Positions 11,125 through 25,620 of a stretch of DNA of 64,000 nt are shown one piece after another. Position 1 is the stretch's first letter; every line of letters starts with the position of its first letter. The translations under genes and the position numbers were made by a program. The DNA lies in assembly GCA_051294905.1 (NCBI GenBank), contig CM119373.1:1862001-1926000 (forward strand), read 5' to 3'. Source of the DNA: Botryllus schlosseri (taxonomy: Eukaryota). The notes beneath the pieces were generated by a model. It did no database searches. It saw only the letters and a program-made list of their open reading frames with translations, and had not been told where the DNA came from.

Positions 11125-13132
11125 CAGTGGTTCCCAAACTTTTCCGGTGTGAGGGTCAAATTTAGAATTTCAGAGTACGGTCGGGGCCGGACGGATACTA
11201 CGGCTATGAAACGGACCCAAACAGTCATCATGGGTATTTCGGAGTAGTTTTATTGCCCTGGGGAGATTTCAAAACTGTACACTGTTTACCGCTACTTATC
11301 TGCTGCATTGGGTGTCCGTTGTGTGAATAAGCTTTTCTCTTCTAAACGCGCGAAGCGCGAGAAAGCTATATAGTTTCATGACCAAATCGGTCAATATGAT
11401 CGGGAATTGCATGTATTGCTATCAATTTTCATCTTGTCTATGTTCACGTAATCTGATTTACCGGTAGAGCTGAGTGAGGTGTGTTTGTAAAGGTATCGGC
11501 CCCCTCAATAGGTATTAAACATATCCGGGGGTATACCCGTTGGCAGGAACGTAACGGCACTTCGTCAGGACCCCGGGCTCCCATAGGGTGATACACTGAC
11601 CCCACATGACGTCGTTCGCTTTTGCCACGAAATTAAAGTTGTACTGTGTATTGAGACAGCGCGACGCCCGAATATTTCGATAATTCATGATAAGATCGGT
11701 GAATAAGATCGGTAATTGCGTGTTTGTCGTCTTTGCCCACGTAATCCGATTTACCGGTAGAGCTGGGTGAGAGGTGTCTTGAAACTGCAGACCCCGTAAA
11801 ATTAAACATCATCGGTCGGTCAGACCCCTAGGTATGACTTCTTCACATGATGTTATTTCGTGACATCCTGATGTCTGCTATATCAAAAAAATGTAGAATT
11901 GCCCAAACCTACTAAACTGGAAGATCACACGATTTCAGATTGGTATTTCTTCACTGGCATATACATTTCTTTCCTGCGGGATGGTATTTGTCTTGTGAGG
12001 TTCAGATTGCCAAGACAAGGACATTCGGCGCCAGTCATTTAGGCACCTATATGGACAAATAAACCTATATGTATTTTGTATATATAACGAAGTTTTTGGT
12101 ATTTCGAAGTTTTTGGTCAGCATGAAAGCAGTCCTTTACGGCCAAGGCTTTCTCGCTGCCGATCTTTCACACTTCTTGGAGTCACATGTTACATGGCCTA
12201 AAACTTTATATGTCTTGGTGCGTTGTGGTGCGGTCATGGCCAACGCTGATATGCCCATTTCTATAAAATATTGCGTACTTTTTCTTGGGGAGAGTATACC
12301 CAATAATCAAGATATTCGGCGAATTGAAATCGCGCCCCGCGCGAAAAATTTTTGAAGAATTTGCATAAATTTTCAAAAAATACTGTATAATTCACGAAAT
12401 AATTTTGGGCCCCCTTCGAACTCGGCCCCCTCAATTGAGGGGTTTGGGGTGCGGCAGTTACGGCCCTGAATATATAGGACTACCAATTATGCTGCATTTG
12501 GCCGACTAAGCAGTATGCATCTCGGCGTATTCAACCGTAAGTCACGTGATGCACATCTAGTTATAGGGTTACCATACGCCTTTTTAAATATGATTTGTCC
12601 TCTTTTTTGATTGTTTTTAAAGTGTCCTCGGAGGACGCCCAAATGTCTTTTTTTGAGGATTTTGGTTACATATAGGGCCAAATTCGACTGATATACATTA
12701 AGTCAGCACTGTAGGAACGCTACGGCGGCTATTTCGGAGCTGGACCGAAAAGTTTTGTTTTCAGTCAACCACGTGTTAATGTGAAAGAAAAACTGTATTT
12801 TCCGGGAGTTGAGCCTCTTTTACTTTTTTAGTCAAGCGACCACGCGGGAGAGATTTTCCTCCGGTTTTGAAAGTTATCAATACCTATTTATATCTACAGC
12901 TACTGCTCGTTCACCTAGAAAGTTAGGGCACATTGCATTGAAACAGCATTGATATAACGTTAGCAGTCTACACTCACAACTTTCCTGCAATTCTAATTAA
13001 AAACCTCAGAGGTCAAATCAAGCAAGAGTATTTTATTAATATATATTTTATTTTTGTTATTAATCGATTATTTCCTAATATTATTTGGGGGCCGCACGAA
13101 GGCTATCTGGGGGCCGCACTTGGGAATCACTG
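11125..13132. mobile_element. Composite hAT MITE (cagtggttcccaa TIR) carrying an internal 'family A' repeat copy (~11330-12468)
   Basis: TIR cagtggttcccaa / ttgggaatcactg; exact TSD gtgtatag (11117-11124, 13133-13140). Confidence 0.88.
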
Positions 13133-13474
13133 GTGTATAGCGTCATACGATCTGAGGTTACTGACATATCTTGCAGCCCATGTGCTACTATCGACTGTGT
13201 GTGGTGTGGGGCAGGCCTGATACGCAGTAGGCTGGTGAGTCTGCTATCTATCATCGCTGATCTGAATTACCGCTTCTGCCGCAGTAGCTTTACCTACTCT
13301 CTCCCCAATACTGTTACATTTAGGTTGATTATCGTTCGTAATGTCATGCTGTTTTGGGGCTGACACGAAATAAATTCCAATTTGCGTGGCGGGCGGCCTA
13401 ACTGGCTGCGAATAGACTCTGTGACCAAATACTATTTTATTCAAATCCAAAATGATTTACATTTAGAAAAACGA

Positions 13475-15865
13475 TCTACACCGATTAAGCGACGCTGTTT
13501 CATATCCGTCGAGTGAGTGAAAGTTCTTAGGTTTTGATTTAGCGAGTTAATTGTCGGTGATTCAATCACATACAACTAAGGTCTTTTAGTGACTGAGTAT
13601 TGTGATGACATTTACTTTGACGAATGACAATAGGAAGATTTTCAATTTCTCTGATCGTGTGTGTGTTTTACAAATAATTCTAGTACGCCTAACTATAGGA
13701 CGTCATGCAAATTGTTTTTGTGATGGCAACGACTTTCAGTAGTCTGGTTAGATGATGACAATTATTTCAGGCGGTTCAAATCGGTATCACTACTATGAAC
13801 GACAATACAAACAGATTTTTGTAGATTTCTGTGTAGGACATATTTCGATTTTAATACCGCTATGAGTTTTGTATATTACCCAAGTGTAGTAGAATAAGGT
13901 GCACCCAGTGAAGATATTCCAGATCGCTTCTGTGCTGATCAAAGCCTTGAAGTGTAAATCTGTAGACTTCACAACGTTTTTACATTTAGCACCTACGATA
14001 TAGAGTGCGGATGTAATTGAGTATTGGTCGCACGCTTCGAACGACGCTCGATATCCAAAAGTGATATTTTAACGCTCTGTAAAGTGCATATGTTTCAAGT
14101 CCTGTCACAACTCCGACAACAAATTGTATCAATTGCTGGATTCAATAGTAACGACATGAAATTGTGATATACTGACTCGTAGTCGTTTCAATTAGCCGTC
14201 ACGAATTCGACCAATAAAGCATTTTGCATCGGGTGTTGAGTGTTTGAATAACGAAATTGTTGTTTCATCTTTAGTCTTGGTTACTGGAAACAATTACAGT
14301 TGTAAAAATATTTTCTGATATCCGTAATACGCAGAGTGATTTGTACCAACACGTAATATCTTTCAAATCAAGAACATTTCAGGTGCGCTAATCTAGTTTT
14401 ACAAATCAATATGTAAAAAACAATGTTTCTGAAAAGTTTGTTGGTATCGTAATAACTTTTAATATAACCCCGGTCTAATTACGTCATAATTTAATAATCA
14501 AGTCGTGATCGACTATTACAAAATCTCGTATGTCAAACCAACGTGTTAATAAGGGTGTTAACAACATGATAACTTTCAATGTAACACCGGTGTTTGATCG
14601 TAAGAAATGAATTCTTAACTACTTTGGTCAGACTTTCAAATGTCGTATATCCAAAACACATGTTAATCTCAAGTCGCGCGCCAAGTAGTAATTGCTTCAT
14701 CTTACAGTTGAATAAAAAGATGGATATGGATACAACTGAGTTTGATATGATTGTGGGTTGTAGTGATTACTCGCGTAGTCTTGTCTACTTTTCGTACGGA
14801 CACTTTTTGTTTTGGTTGGGTGAGTTACAAACGGGTTGACTTGACAAGGTTTATGTATTTCACTCTTTTGTGTATGGCAAGATGTTAAAATGTTGAGATG
14901 TCACAGTGATAGTATTGCTGAAACTCTATTTTACAAACGGAAACGGAATCGTGAATAGAGTTGTAATGTTTACTTGTTTCAAATCAATGTGCGTATAATT
15001 TCGAAATGGAACTGGGTGAAAGTTGGTAGTCATGTTTGTCAATCCTATTTCAATTCAGACTATGTCAAAGTCGAAATATTCCATTTTGGATTATCTGAAT
15101 TTACCTTTAGTACATACTGCGAATGGATTCCGACACCGCACTATAACATTTTTGATAATAAGGACTCAAGGATTTTCAATCCACAATATCTGAATTTTTT
15201 GGTAATGCTAGAGTTGGCAAATGATTAGTTGCGTGTTTTTGTTAAGCGTTTGATTTCTCAGTATTAAATACAATGATTTTATGTGCATACTTGTGATTCT
15301 TGATTCTCATTGAGCTAGTTGGTATTGATTCTATAGGCGTGAAAACGACGGTGTGGAATGTGTGAATAATCCGACGCGGCTGAATGTTGGCGTCAGTAAT
15401 ATTCAGGTTACGTTCGATTCAACAAAAACGCGTCAAAAGGATTTCTCAAAAGATTAGAGTTGTACCGAATTAAAACATTCAGATACGAATTAACTTGATT
15501 TGAAGTGAGTTTCATTTCAAGTTGACAAATTGACACATTGATTGAATGTTCCTATGATTTGTATCACGCAACTAAAGTCAACTACTGTTCCGAAGTGTCA
15601 AAACATATCGCGACCACCAGAAAGTGTCAAATTGTTGGTTTACGAATCACCGTCTGCGACGGTTCTGTGACAACTAATTACGGAAATATTACCTTGTGAG
15701 CGATCGGTATGTCTGTAATACCAAATCATGAGCGATCGCTATGTCTGGAGCATTACCCTGTGAGCGGTCGTAGGATTTTAAAATTATTTCACACCACAAA
15801 AGGGTCACCGGTTCAACGCGAGTTTCGCGGCACCGGTCGAGCGGGCCCATAAGCCACAACGCTAG
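13475..15865 (+). mobile_element. Possible non-autonomous Helitron carrying decayed coding-like sequence
   Basis: A|TC start at 13474/13475, CTAG|T end at 15865, GC-rich hairpin (accggt..cgcga-gtt-tcgcg..accggt) ~25 nt upstream of the end; no TSD. Hairpin spacing is longer than canonical. Confidence 0.3.
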
Positions 15866-16275
15866 TTCGCGACCGATCTACTATACTACTAACGAGTATT
15901 TGCTCATCCGATTCATAGCAACGATAAGATAGAATCACTCGGCTCGTGCTCGTCATATCGACATGTGCAACGAAATCCTCTCTCGCATTTTGCGTAATAA
16001 TCCATAATGATCATTATTTTCGAACCGTATACAATTAGCCAACAAGGTTGTGCTGGTGATGAAATTGCGGGTATGCTGAATACCCACAATATTCACAGGC
16101 ATATTTCGCAAACCGAGGTTCGGCACTCATTGATGAAAATTATGACATATGCGTAGCAATACTCAGACGCCGAATGCAAAATCCGGAATGACCTAGCTAG
16201 ACCGTTAAGGCGTGAGCTTAATAGCTTATATTCCCTTGTAAGTCTTCGTCAAATTTATTTGTAAAGCGACGGAAG

Positions 16276-17111
16276 TAGGGTGACATTTAAAACAAACGGT
16301 GTTTTAAAACACTTGGAACCTTTAAACCAGTGGTGCCCAATGTGGGCGATTTCGCGGTCCTGGGGGGGGGGGGCGAAAATTGCGAAGGGGGCAATAGGGG
16401 CGAAAAATGGACAAAGGGGGCGAAAACAACGGATGGGGTGATATGGGGGCGATGGCGCGTTAAAACGGCTACATGGAGTCAGGACCTAACTTCCGCACCC
16501 CAAACCGCCACTTTGGGGGGGGGGGGGGGGGGCGAACTCGAAGGGGTCAAAATTATTTTGTGAATTAATATAGATTATATAGTATTTTTTTTTTAAATTC
16601 TTCCAACTTCTTCGAAATTTTTTCGCGTAGCGCGTGATTTAGTGTTATCATATATATTGATTTGGGGGTACCCTTCCCCAAACAACAATACGCATGATTT
16701 ATGGAAATGGAGACTTCGGCGCCGGCTATTACTGCGCCACGACGCTCCAAGACAAATGAAGTTATAGGCCATGTAACATACAACTCCGAGAAGTATGCCA
16801 GAACGATCAGCAGCGAGAAGAACTTGGCCGGAAAAGAATGCCCTTGTGCTGACCGAAAACTTCGATATATATACATATGTGTTTAATTGTCCATAGGCGC
16901 CCCAACGAGAATTCAGCTGTAAAAGTGTAATTTCGAGGTCGAGCCGAAAAGTTGACCTTTTTCGGTTCCCAATATTTGCGGAGCGATGATCGGTGTGGAC
17001 CTTCAAAAGGGGCGATGAGTTGAATAAGGTTGGGAACCACTGCTTTAAACGATTCGGGTTTTGTTTAAAACATGTTTTTTTAATTTGATTTTTGTTTTAA
17101 ATGCAACCCTA
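16276..17111. mobile_element. Short hAT MITE (tagggtgacattt / aaatgcaacccta) split by the 16328-17042 insertion
   Basis: Exact TSD gacggaag (16268-16275, 17112-17119); related end at ~63600-63634. Confidence 0.82.
16328..17042. mobile_element. hAT MITE (ggggcga-repeat family) containing an inverted 'family A' end (16480-16900)
   Basis: TIR cagtggtgcccaa / ttgggaaccactg; exact TSD ctttaaac (16320-16327, 17043-17050). Confidence 0.88.
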
Positions 17112-20100
17112 GACGGAAGATATTGATTTTAGGGGAATATTATGTCATTTGAATATATCCAATTGATACGTTTGGTGACGTTGAAAATGTCAGCAATCAG
17201 CATGTACTTCGGCACTTTATCATAATTTGGCCTTGCTAGGTATCATGTACACCGTACACACTAATATATCACTTTGATGGAGGTTGTAATAGAATTTACC
17301 GTATGGCATCAGGTGACGTCATAGGTTCAGGTTCACACAGGACATTTCAAAAAGGTTCGCGTTCACGCGAACCTGATCCTTTCAGAGGTTAACAACATCA
17401 CTATAAATTACCATGCCAGCCGAAACGATTTTATTGGGATAGGCACACACTTCATTTACACCTACAATGCAGGGATATCCCTGTTACAATGCCGAACGAC
17501 TAAAAAAAATCATACCATGGCAGCGGACGCCGAAATACGAATTATGATACGGCATAGCGGCGAGCATCATCTCCAGTCGTGGACCTGATATGGGAAAATG
17601 AGGTAGCCTACTTGGCGGCCGGGTTTCCCAATCGATACAATACTCGCGCATTTATCAAACTATAAAGGGAATAAATCGTATTTATTGTAAACTTCAGGTT
17701 TGATGCATGAATATAAAAACATTATTCAACAAATTCACAGCATAATTTATTTCAATAGCTATATATGTGGTCGATCAAAGTTGTCAGCAAGTTCTTCAAA
17801 CTATGGCTGCATGTGCGATCTATACAAACGATTATTATGTAGGCTACTGGGAACATCGGTTAGATTGAGAGCAAAGAAGTATCCTAGACTCAAGTATTCA
17901 CCATAATTTGACGTAATGAGCAAGAATACTGGGGAATTGTGGCAGTCTGTGGCCACGGGCCGCATTACCATGTAAGACTTGAAACTGTCCGCGGGCCGCT
18001 CAAAATCCCGCCGGGTCCCATGCGCGAGCCGTATGTTTCCCGCCCCTGTGGCATGTTATAATAGTCAAATTTTATTTTTGCTATAGTTAAAAATCTTCCC
18101 ATTTTCCGTACGTTTTGCAGTGATGAATGTTAGCTAGCATTTTTGTGTTTTAATATATTTAGATTACTCATCGCAAATGCAGACCGCTACATCTGTATAT
18201 TCTTACTGTATAGCCTACCTGTCATGGTTTGTTATTATTAGACGATATTTAAACGGATTTTGATCTCTCGTGTTTGTAGAGGCAATGATGAATGTTATAG
18301 GCTCTTTGATAATCGGATTTACCTTGGTCACTTCAGAAAGACTGCGTTTCGATTTCGAACCCCAAACCCCTGTGTATGCTATTGTACACGCCGTACCACC
18401 ACAACGGTCACGACACAACTACATACCGGGCGTATGCCTGCGACATATGATGGGTTCTCGATTTTATACCCAGCCCCAACTGATCTAAAGTATCTCTATA
18501 AACGATGTTCAAAATCACAAGCAATGCAATTACCAGATTTACTGCTGAAGATATTGAAGCAGTGACACACAAAACTTTGGCATTGACTTGGAATAACGCG
18601 AATGTATTGATACAAACGGTGCTAATCCTGGTTACCCTGTCTAATCGGAAATGAATGTATTTGTACATTAGATTCAATTTACAGTCGCATGTGAGAGCCT
18701 CGATTATGTCAAACATGGAAACTGCGCCCTTCATTGCAATATGACAAACATTATTACGAGCCGAAGAAATATATTTTATTCCGCTCAATGTGACGGTAGT
18801 GACGTTTCTACCATTCGATCATGGTTCGTTTTGGATAATTCCTCTTTTGCTCAGTGCTACTGATGACTTGCGGTTATCGTAGTTAAGTCAGTCGCTCTCA
18901 ACTGGGTTGCCGATTAAACTGCAGACGGGTGTCGCGATATAATTAGAATAGCAGTGTACATCAGTTGCCGTCGACATATAACATAAACTATAAGGACATC
19001 AAAATTCTAAGTAGGTGTGGGAATCGATTTTTCTTAGTGACCATCAGCAGAATCTAGGGTTGAATAGTCATATGACGTAGTCGTAGATGGATTACTTTTT
19101 TTTTATTCATCAGCACTCCAAATCATGCACTCCGTGTATCCTATGTGCAAGGGTGCTGCGGACTATTTTTTGTTTTCCGGTCCTCTATATAAAAAGTCCA
19201 GAGCCACTAAATTAAAGTTATGAAAACAATGTTACCGCGACATCCATAGCCAGAATTCCTTTACGTGTTGTACGGCATATAGCGGATTATAATGTATAAA
19301 TACCATCCCGTGCCATGCCCTGGTAATAAACCACTTGACCCGACTGTATATCGGCAATAAAATTTTATGTCACTACCAACGGTACATTTGACAAGTTGAT
19401 TAATGCGCGTCGGTTCGTCGCTGCGAGTCATCCTGGGGTGTTAGCCTGTTTGCATAATGCTATATGCGAACTTTTGACTAGTCGCAATATTGACAGTATC
19501 GACCATGGTAAACACAATAGGACGAACTACAATTCATCATTTACTTTACCTGCTTTACCTGCAATCCGTCACTTGGATATTTGATGTTCGATACAACGTC
19601 ACCAAGAATTTATTACAACGATAATAATCAATGAATGACAAATGTCTATGTGACTTGAAAATTATTACTACAAACATCCACATTCTGGTTTAGACAATAA
19701 ATGCAATAAAGCAAGACTCACATATTTGTGGAATCGCATCGGCGAATTTGATGGTTCACGTTTTGACGCGGCGTTGTTGAGTCGGCTTGCCATCTCTTTA
19801 ACATATTTTACGAGACGAAACACTCTCGCCAAATACTGTATCGCTGAATAATATTGTGTCGCGATAAAATAAATATGAATGTAGATTGCCAACAGCGCGA
19901 TAGAAATATCAATCGTACTGTGAAGCTTTACCACGTCATAAGTAAACGAATACGTAAGTAGGAATTCCAATTATTGTTTCTATGTGTCTTCTGCCATGTC
20001 TACGAATTGAATGTTTCAAACGGCAAAGGCATTTAGCATTTCTATTGACGTATCCCGTATTCCACAAACTTGGTATTGCGGGCATGTACCAGGGACAGTG

Positions 20101-23100
20101 ATCTAATAGAGTCGGGGTGGTGTTTCTCTCGGATAAAAAGGGGACATTGGATTCTTTTCGAGACGCGATTAATAACGCTGGTAATAAGCAATAAGGACGC
20201 GCATATCGTTGATATCGTTGGTATTGTGATCTAGCCCGAGGCCGAACCGATTTCCAGTTCTTCATTGGGGTTTATGTCTGAAAGAGGTATAGATGAAGTA
20301 GCAATCTAGATAACTCTCATGTTTTCGCAGTATCCCGCGAATCAAATCCGCACGCTGTGTAAACGGCACATCGTATCTATCGCACGTGGACACTGCAGTG
20401 TCCGTTATGATACCGATACCGATATGAAAGTGCCAATATACGTTTGCTATAAGCTCACTTTTCATTTGAGTATAGAATCGGTTATATCAATGCACTCGCG
20501 ATATTCTGAGCCAATGTTGAATTTTAATGGAAACTCGATTTCTTTATTAGGATAACTTTACCTGTTCAATGGTGTCACATCACAGGGTCACGAACCTCGG
20601 CTTCGGTAATCCGGCCCATTCCAGTTATCGTAGACCCGTACAGTATTATAAAATCCGTGTATGAAAGAGCTCGTGTACACTGTAACGAATACGCTGCTAG
20701 CGTAAGTTATACTGTAATGTAGCAACTAGGAATACACCAGCTGCGAGCGTTTACTTGCGCACAAGTTTGTGATCGCCTGTAATTCGGTCACTGCGCTTCG
20801 AAAATGATTGACTGATGTCACAATGTAAAAGAGCTTGGCATCAATTGAGGATCTGATTTCATGCCTCTACTTAATAGTATCGGTAATATCGCCAGGACGA
20901 ATGCGAGTTATTAGAGTCGTTTCACGTTAGTTAGCAAGCAAGGTTAAAAGTAGCTCGGTACAGTGTCCACTGTCCATGCTTCGTCACGGATATAGTCGTG
21001 CTGTGGCGACATAGCAACGGGTTGCATGACGGACGATGTCGGGAATGAACATTGCTCAGACGAATGAATATTTCAGAAAGTTGGTCCAAGACTAATGTCT
21101 AAAGGCCGGCGGAATATAATCGGTTCGCCGATCATATCGAGTAGATATCAAACTTTGAACGAAGATTCGGTGTCGGTCATTATAAGTGACAAAGATCGAG
21201 AATTTTCGTGACGTCACAGCATGATGATAGGGATTCTGAGAGCTACAATCTGCGATTGCTAGACATGGCATAATAATCTATTTCCTATTACTTACTGGCA
21301 GAGGTGAGCAAAGCAAACATCGCTGATTCCCAACTTGAAGAAGAAGTAACGTCGTGAATTTTTACGCAGGGCAGAATAGCGATCTCCAAGAAAGTACAAA
21401 ATTAGGTATTCTAGGACTGACCACCTAACACTATGAAGTAGAAGTCTAAAATCATAACCGCTTGAGTAATTTATGCAAGTCAGCAAACCCTATTTGATTA
21501 CTGTGACGTAGTAGAGGTAGAAGTAATAGCCCAGCAAACACATTACGGCAAGCGGATATCCGTCGGATAACTTGCCATTTGGCCCAGATTCATCCTAGTG
21601 CCATCCGGTTGCACCGAGCGTGTCGACTCCTGGTGTTATCCAGTGGGTGACCACTGACCATCCATCAAGTCATTTCTGAGTCACAAACTGGCCACTGCAG
21701 GGACAAAGTCCGGTTGGGACCGATATCCATAGACTATCCACTGATCAACCCTCTGAATACTAGCTAGCTCCTGGACCTGCATATTTCCTTACCACAGGTT
21801 AGGCGACGCACAAATACACTTACACAAGATTGATTTTCAGGCAAAAAGCTTATATTATCGAATTGTCAACAATAAAAACTAAGCAGCAACGAGTAAAATT
21901 AACAACGGCTCTAAATCACGTCAAAATCAATCACTCACTCAAGTTCAAGACATACAATAAAGCAACAGGTGGACTCAAAAATATCACAAGCAGTCGATCA
22001 ATTAATCAATCAGGCTAAAAATATGATGACTACGAAGTATGTACACTGGGAGGATTACAGAATACCACACATACACAACTTATCAGAAATACCAGAGGTT
22101 GGCAAGTTTTGAAAATCATTATAGGCAATAATAAAAACTGCAGCAAAGTAAAGCACAGCATTGAGTCAAAGCAACAATTGTCAATCAATCAAGGTAAAGA
22201 AGCATGCACACTGGAAGGATAACAGAATACGACACACGGACAAGTGTTGAAAAATTATGATAGGTCGAAGCAATAACCTAGAATTCTGCCTATGAGAATA
22301 AAACAAGACACGCACTGCATTACACATGCACATACACAAATGTATCAGAAAAACAGATGTTGACAAGTTTTGAAAATCATTATGCAAAAAGACATAGCGA
22401 TACATTCAAAATTGCAATGCAGTAAAAAAGCACAGCATCGAGTCGAAGCAACAACTGTCAAATCAAGTTGCAAAATTACGTTCACTATATGAGAATACCA
22501 TAGAAAAAAAAATTCAAAGTGGCAGGTTGAAGTTCTTCAATGACAGTAAAAAGACACGCACACTAGGGAAATACCTGACGTTGATATTTAAGAATTAAGA
22601 TGGCAAGTTTTTAAGGTGAAGAGGTAATACGAATAGAGATACAAAAAAATAGGATGTTTTATTCTGGTCAATTGCTCATTACGACATCCTCCATGTGCAG
22701 ATCTGTCACACATTGAGCAAGGTGCAGTACAACAAACAAAGCACTTCTACTTAGGTTTCGCCTACTTGTACTGCATGTTTTTTACTACTTCTACTTAGGT
22801 TTTTCAGACATAACCTGTTAGATAGCCCCTATAATGTAGCAAATAGTGAATGCAATTTAGAAATCGCACTATAATTGGAGTGCCATTACATATTTTTTGC
22901 GTACATCCTGCAATTTCGAAAGCGGCCAACTGCAGTAACCTGCAAGTGTGCGACTCGTTCTACTTTCGGAAAGTACTCAAGCAGTCACAATTTCAGATCC
23001 ACCTTTACTTGAGCAGCAAGGATGACTCACTTTCACCCCTTTTTGATCGTATATACCGTGTCTAGAGCGGATGGAAATAATAATCAGCAGATTCAACTGT

Positions 23101-23582
23101 AACTTGTAAAAAATTCCACAGCAAGCAATGCACACTTGCAATCAACAATCTCTCTAGCTGGAAATATCTTCAATCTTCATACTGGTTCAACTTGCAACGA
23201 GGTCAAAAATTGGTATGAGGGAAATGACTTTATACTGCATTCTCTTCCTCATCTGCGTAAGACTGAGACAGGATATGGACTTGTTCTGCATTCTTGTCCT
23301 AAAATAATTAGCAAGAAAATCATTACAAGCGAACATGAAACGATCCTTCAAAATGCTGCCAATTCCGAACGCTTGCAAAATTCATTCAAACACTGACAAA
23401 GTACAGCATACTATGCATAAACGCACAAATCATGAATATTAAAATTTATGATCATTATAGAACAGTAGACACTAGGGGTGTTCAAAAAAAACTTTTTTCA
23501 AATTTGATTGGCTTAGCTGGCAAATCATTAGGTTACCTAAAATACCTTGCACAAAAATTTTGACTCATTTCAACCCGTAGAT

Positions 23583-24747
23583 CAGGGGTGGGCAAACTAC
23601 GGCCCGCGGGCCGCATGCGGCCCGCCACACCGTTCTGTGCGGCCCGCGAGAGTCTAAAGAAACTTTTTAAAAATATTGATGAAATGCATACTAAAAATCG
23701 AATTAATGCAGGGACTTGATTAAACATTTTAGTATATTTCACCATGATATTTTTAAGGAAGTGGATCTCAAACTGCTGGGCGCGCCCACCTTGAGGGGGT
23801 GAAAGCATCTTAAGAAGGGCGCGAAGCTGAGATCAACTGAAAAACTGTTCGCGCACCGCGCGATTTACATCCAATTCACCGTTGTTGTTCTGTATTTAGT
23901 CTCAATTTCATATTTAAAAATCTCTCATCCACAGTCGTAGCCTTCCATGCCATCAAACTACCCGTTAGGTTTGCTAGCATCCTGGTTGCGTTTTGTGATA
24001 TGACGATGAAGGGGACACGTAATCTTTCACCATTGTACGGGGGCAAAGTTTGGTCTCTTGCAAAGTTTGAAAACCACTGTTCTAAGGTAAATAATTCCTA
24101 GATTATTTTTTATGTCTGGCGCGACAGACCGATAATAAAGCTTTCAAAGGTTCAAACTGCTAAAAATTACAGAAATCCTAAACGAGATTGACGTAATTCG
24201 GGTCACGAGTGTGATTTCAGATTGGCCACTCCAGTTTCAATTTTTTCAGTGAGGTTCTTATAAAAAACGATTCGCGCTTGTCTTAGGTAGATTCGTTCTC
24301 TGTATGCGTAGAATTAGGGTATTTATATTTTATCCATACACTGTACAAGCGTGTTTGAAGCTAACATGGTTATGATGCTGTCAGCATTGTGTATCCAGGA
24401 ACTGAACCAAAAATGGAATTAACAAATCTATGAACCGATCGCTGCTGACAGATATAAATTTAAATCGTATTTTAAGAATCGGTACCACCGACTTTCATCC
24501 CTATAGTTTTGACAAATTGGTTGTTGAGGTCGACCAGCCAATGCAATCTCGCCACTGTTTCTGGCGCATGTACGATATCATCAACGAAATGCTTGGTTTG
24601 TTTTAAATGAGCATCTACATGTCCTCACTATATAATCAAATACCAATATTGTGTTTTGGTTTATAATCTCAATTTTATATAGTGCGGCCCGCGAATGGAT
24701 TCAGATGTTGAATGCGGCCCGCGAGCTCAAAAGTTTGCCCACCCCTG
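23583..24747. mobile_element. hAT (Buster/Charlie-like) MITE with gcggcccg subterminal motifs
   Basis: TIR caggggtgggcaaact / agtttgcccacccctg; exact TSD ccgtagat (23575-23582, 24748-24755). Confidence 0.92.
23759..24079. mobile_element. Older hAT MITE nested in 23583-24747
   Basis: Ends aagtggatctcaaact / agtttgaaaaccactg; TSD ttttaagg / ttctaagg (1 mismatch). Confidence 0.65.
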
Positions 24748-25097
24748 CCGTAGATGCTGAGGTCATCCAATTCGAAAATTCCATCATTTTTCAAATAATA
24801 GTATTTACGGTGCCTAAGATGTAGGGATGCTTTTTTCCACTCATTTCCATCTTTACAGGGGCCTATGGTAGAGTTTGGATGAAGACATCGCCAGTTGACG
24901 AATAAAAGATATGACACGGTCACACGGATCAGCTGGAAATTAGTAGACTTCATTGAAATAGCTAATAGACACGTTCAAATGATGGTGATATACTTTGCAA
25001 ATAAACTACTTTTCACACTAATATTAACGACCACGAAAATGAAAAAAAAACTGACACATAGGTAAAACAAGGGTAAATATATGAGTATGGTCATGGT

Positions 25098-25345
25098 CAT
25101 AGGCGCCGAGTTACGGGGTGGCACCCCATTCAATATGCTGAAACGCAAGCCGTCTGCGATTTCAAATTTTCGTATATCTCTATTGTCTAGTCATTTCGAT
25201 ACGACATCAGCGCTGTCAATGAGCAAGTCCGTGATATCGCGTAAATGCCAACTATTTACCATTAACCGATACACTCGCAAATAATTGAATACGCAGCTTC
25301 GTAGGCGTCGACAAACTAATGCTTGAAACGCCCCAATAAATTGTA
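25098..25345 (-). mobile_element. Terminal fragment of the cataggcgccga element family (inverted relative to 57452-59716)
   Basis: Starts cataggcgccgagttacggggtgg; 25210-25280 is the reverse complement of ~59520-59595. Confidence 0.7.
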
Positions 25346-25455
25346 ACCCGGGATTTCGACATGCATTTGTCGTGTTGTCAGACTAGGTTCCGACCCATTG
25401 TGCTGTATTCAGGTTGGCGAATTACTGATTAGATGCGCCAGGCGAGGCCTACAAT

Positions 25456-25620
25456 AGAGAGAGAGAGAGAGAGAATCTTTATTCGTATACATTACATATC
25501 AACATAACACTACAAAAATGTCACAGTGAAATGCGACATGCAAGGTAGACGGGAGGCTCGATATGACAAAGTCTTCAGAGCCGAGCCACCCGGGACAGGA
25601 GAAATTTTCACAGTCGATAA
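25456..25620 (-). mobile_element. (AG)n tract next to a possible LINE (L2/CR1-like) 3' end
   Basis: (ag)n microsatellite, AATAAA on the minus strand and a ggctcg...cgagcc stem-loop; no RT-coding sequence recognised. Confidence 0.3.
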
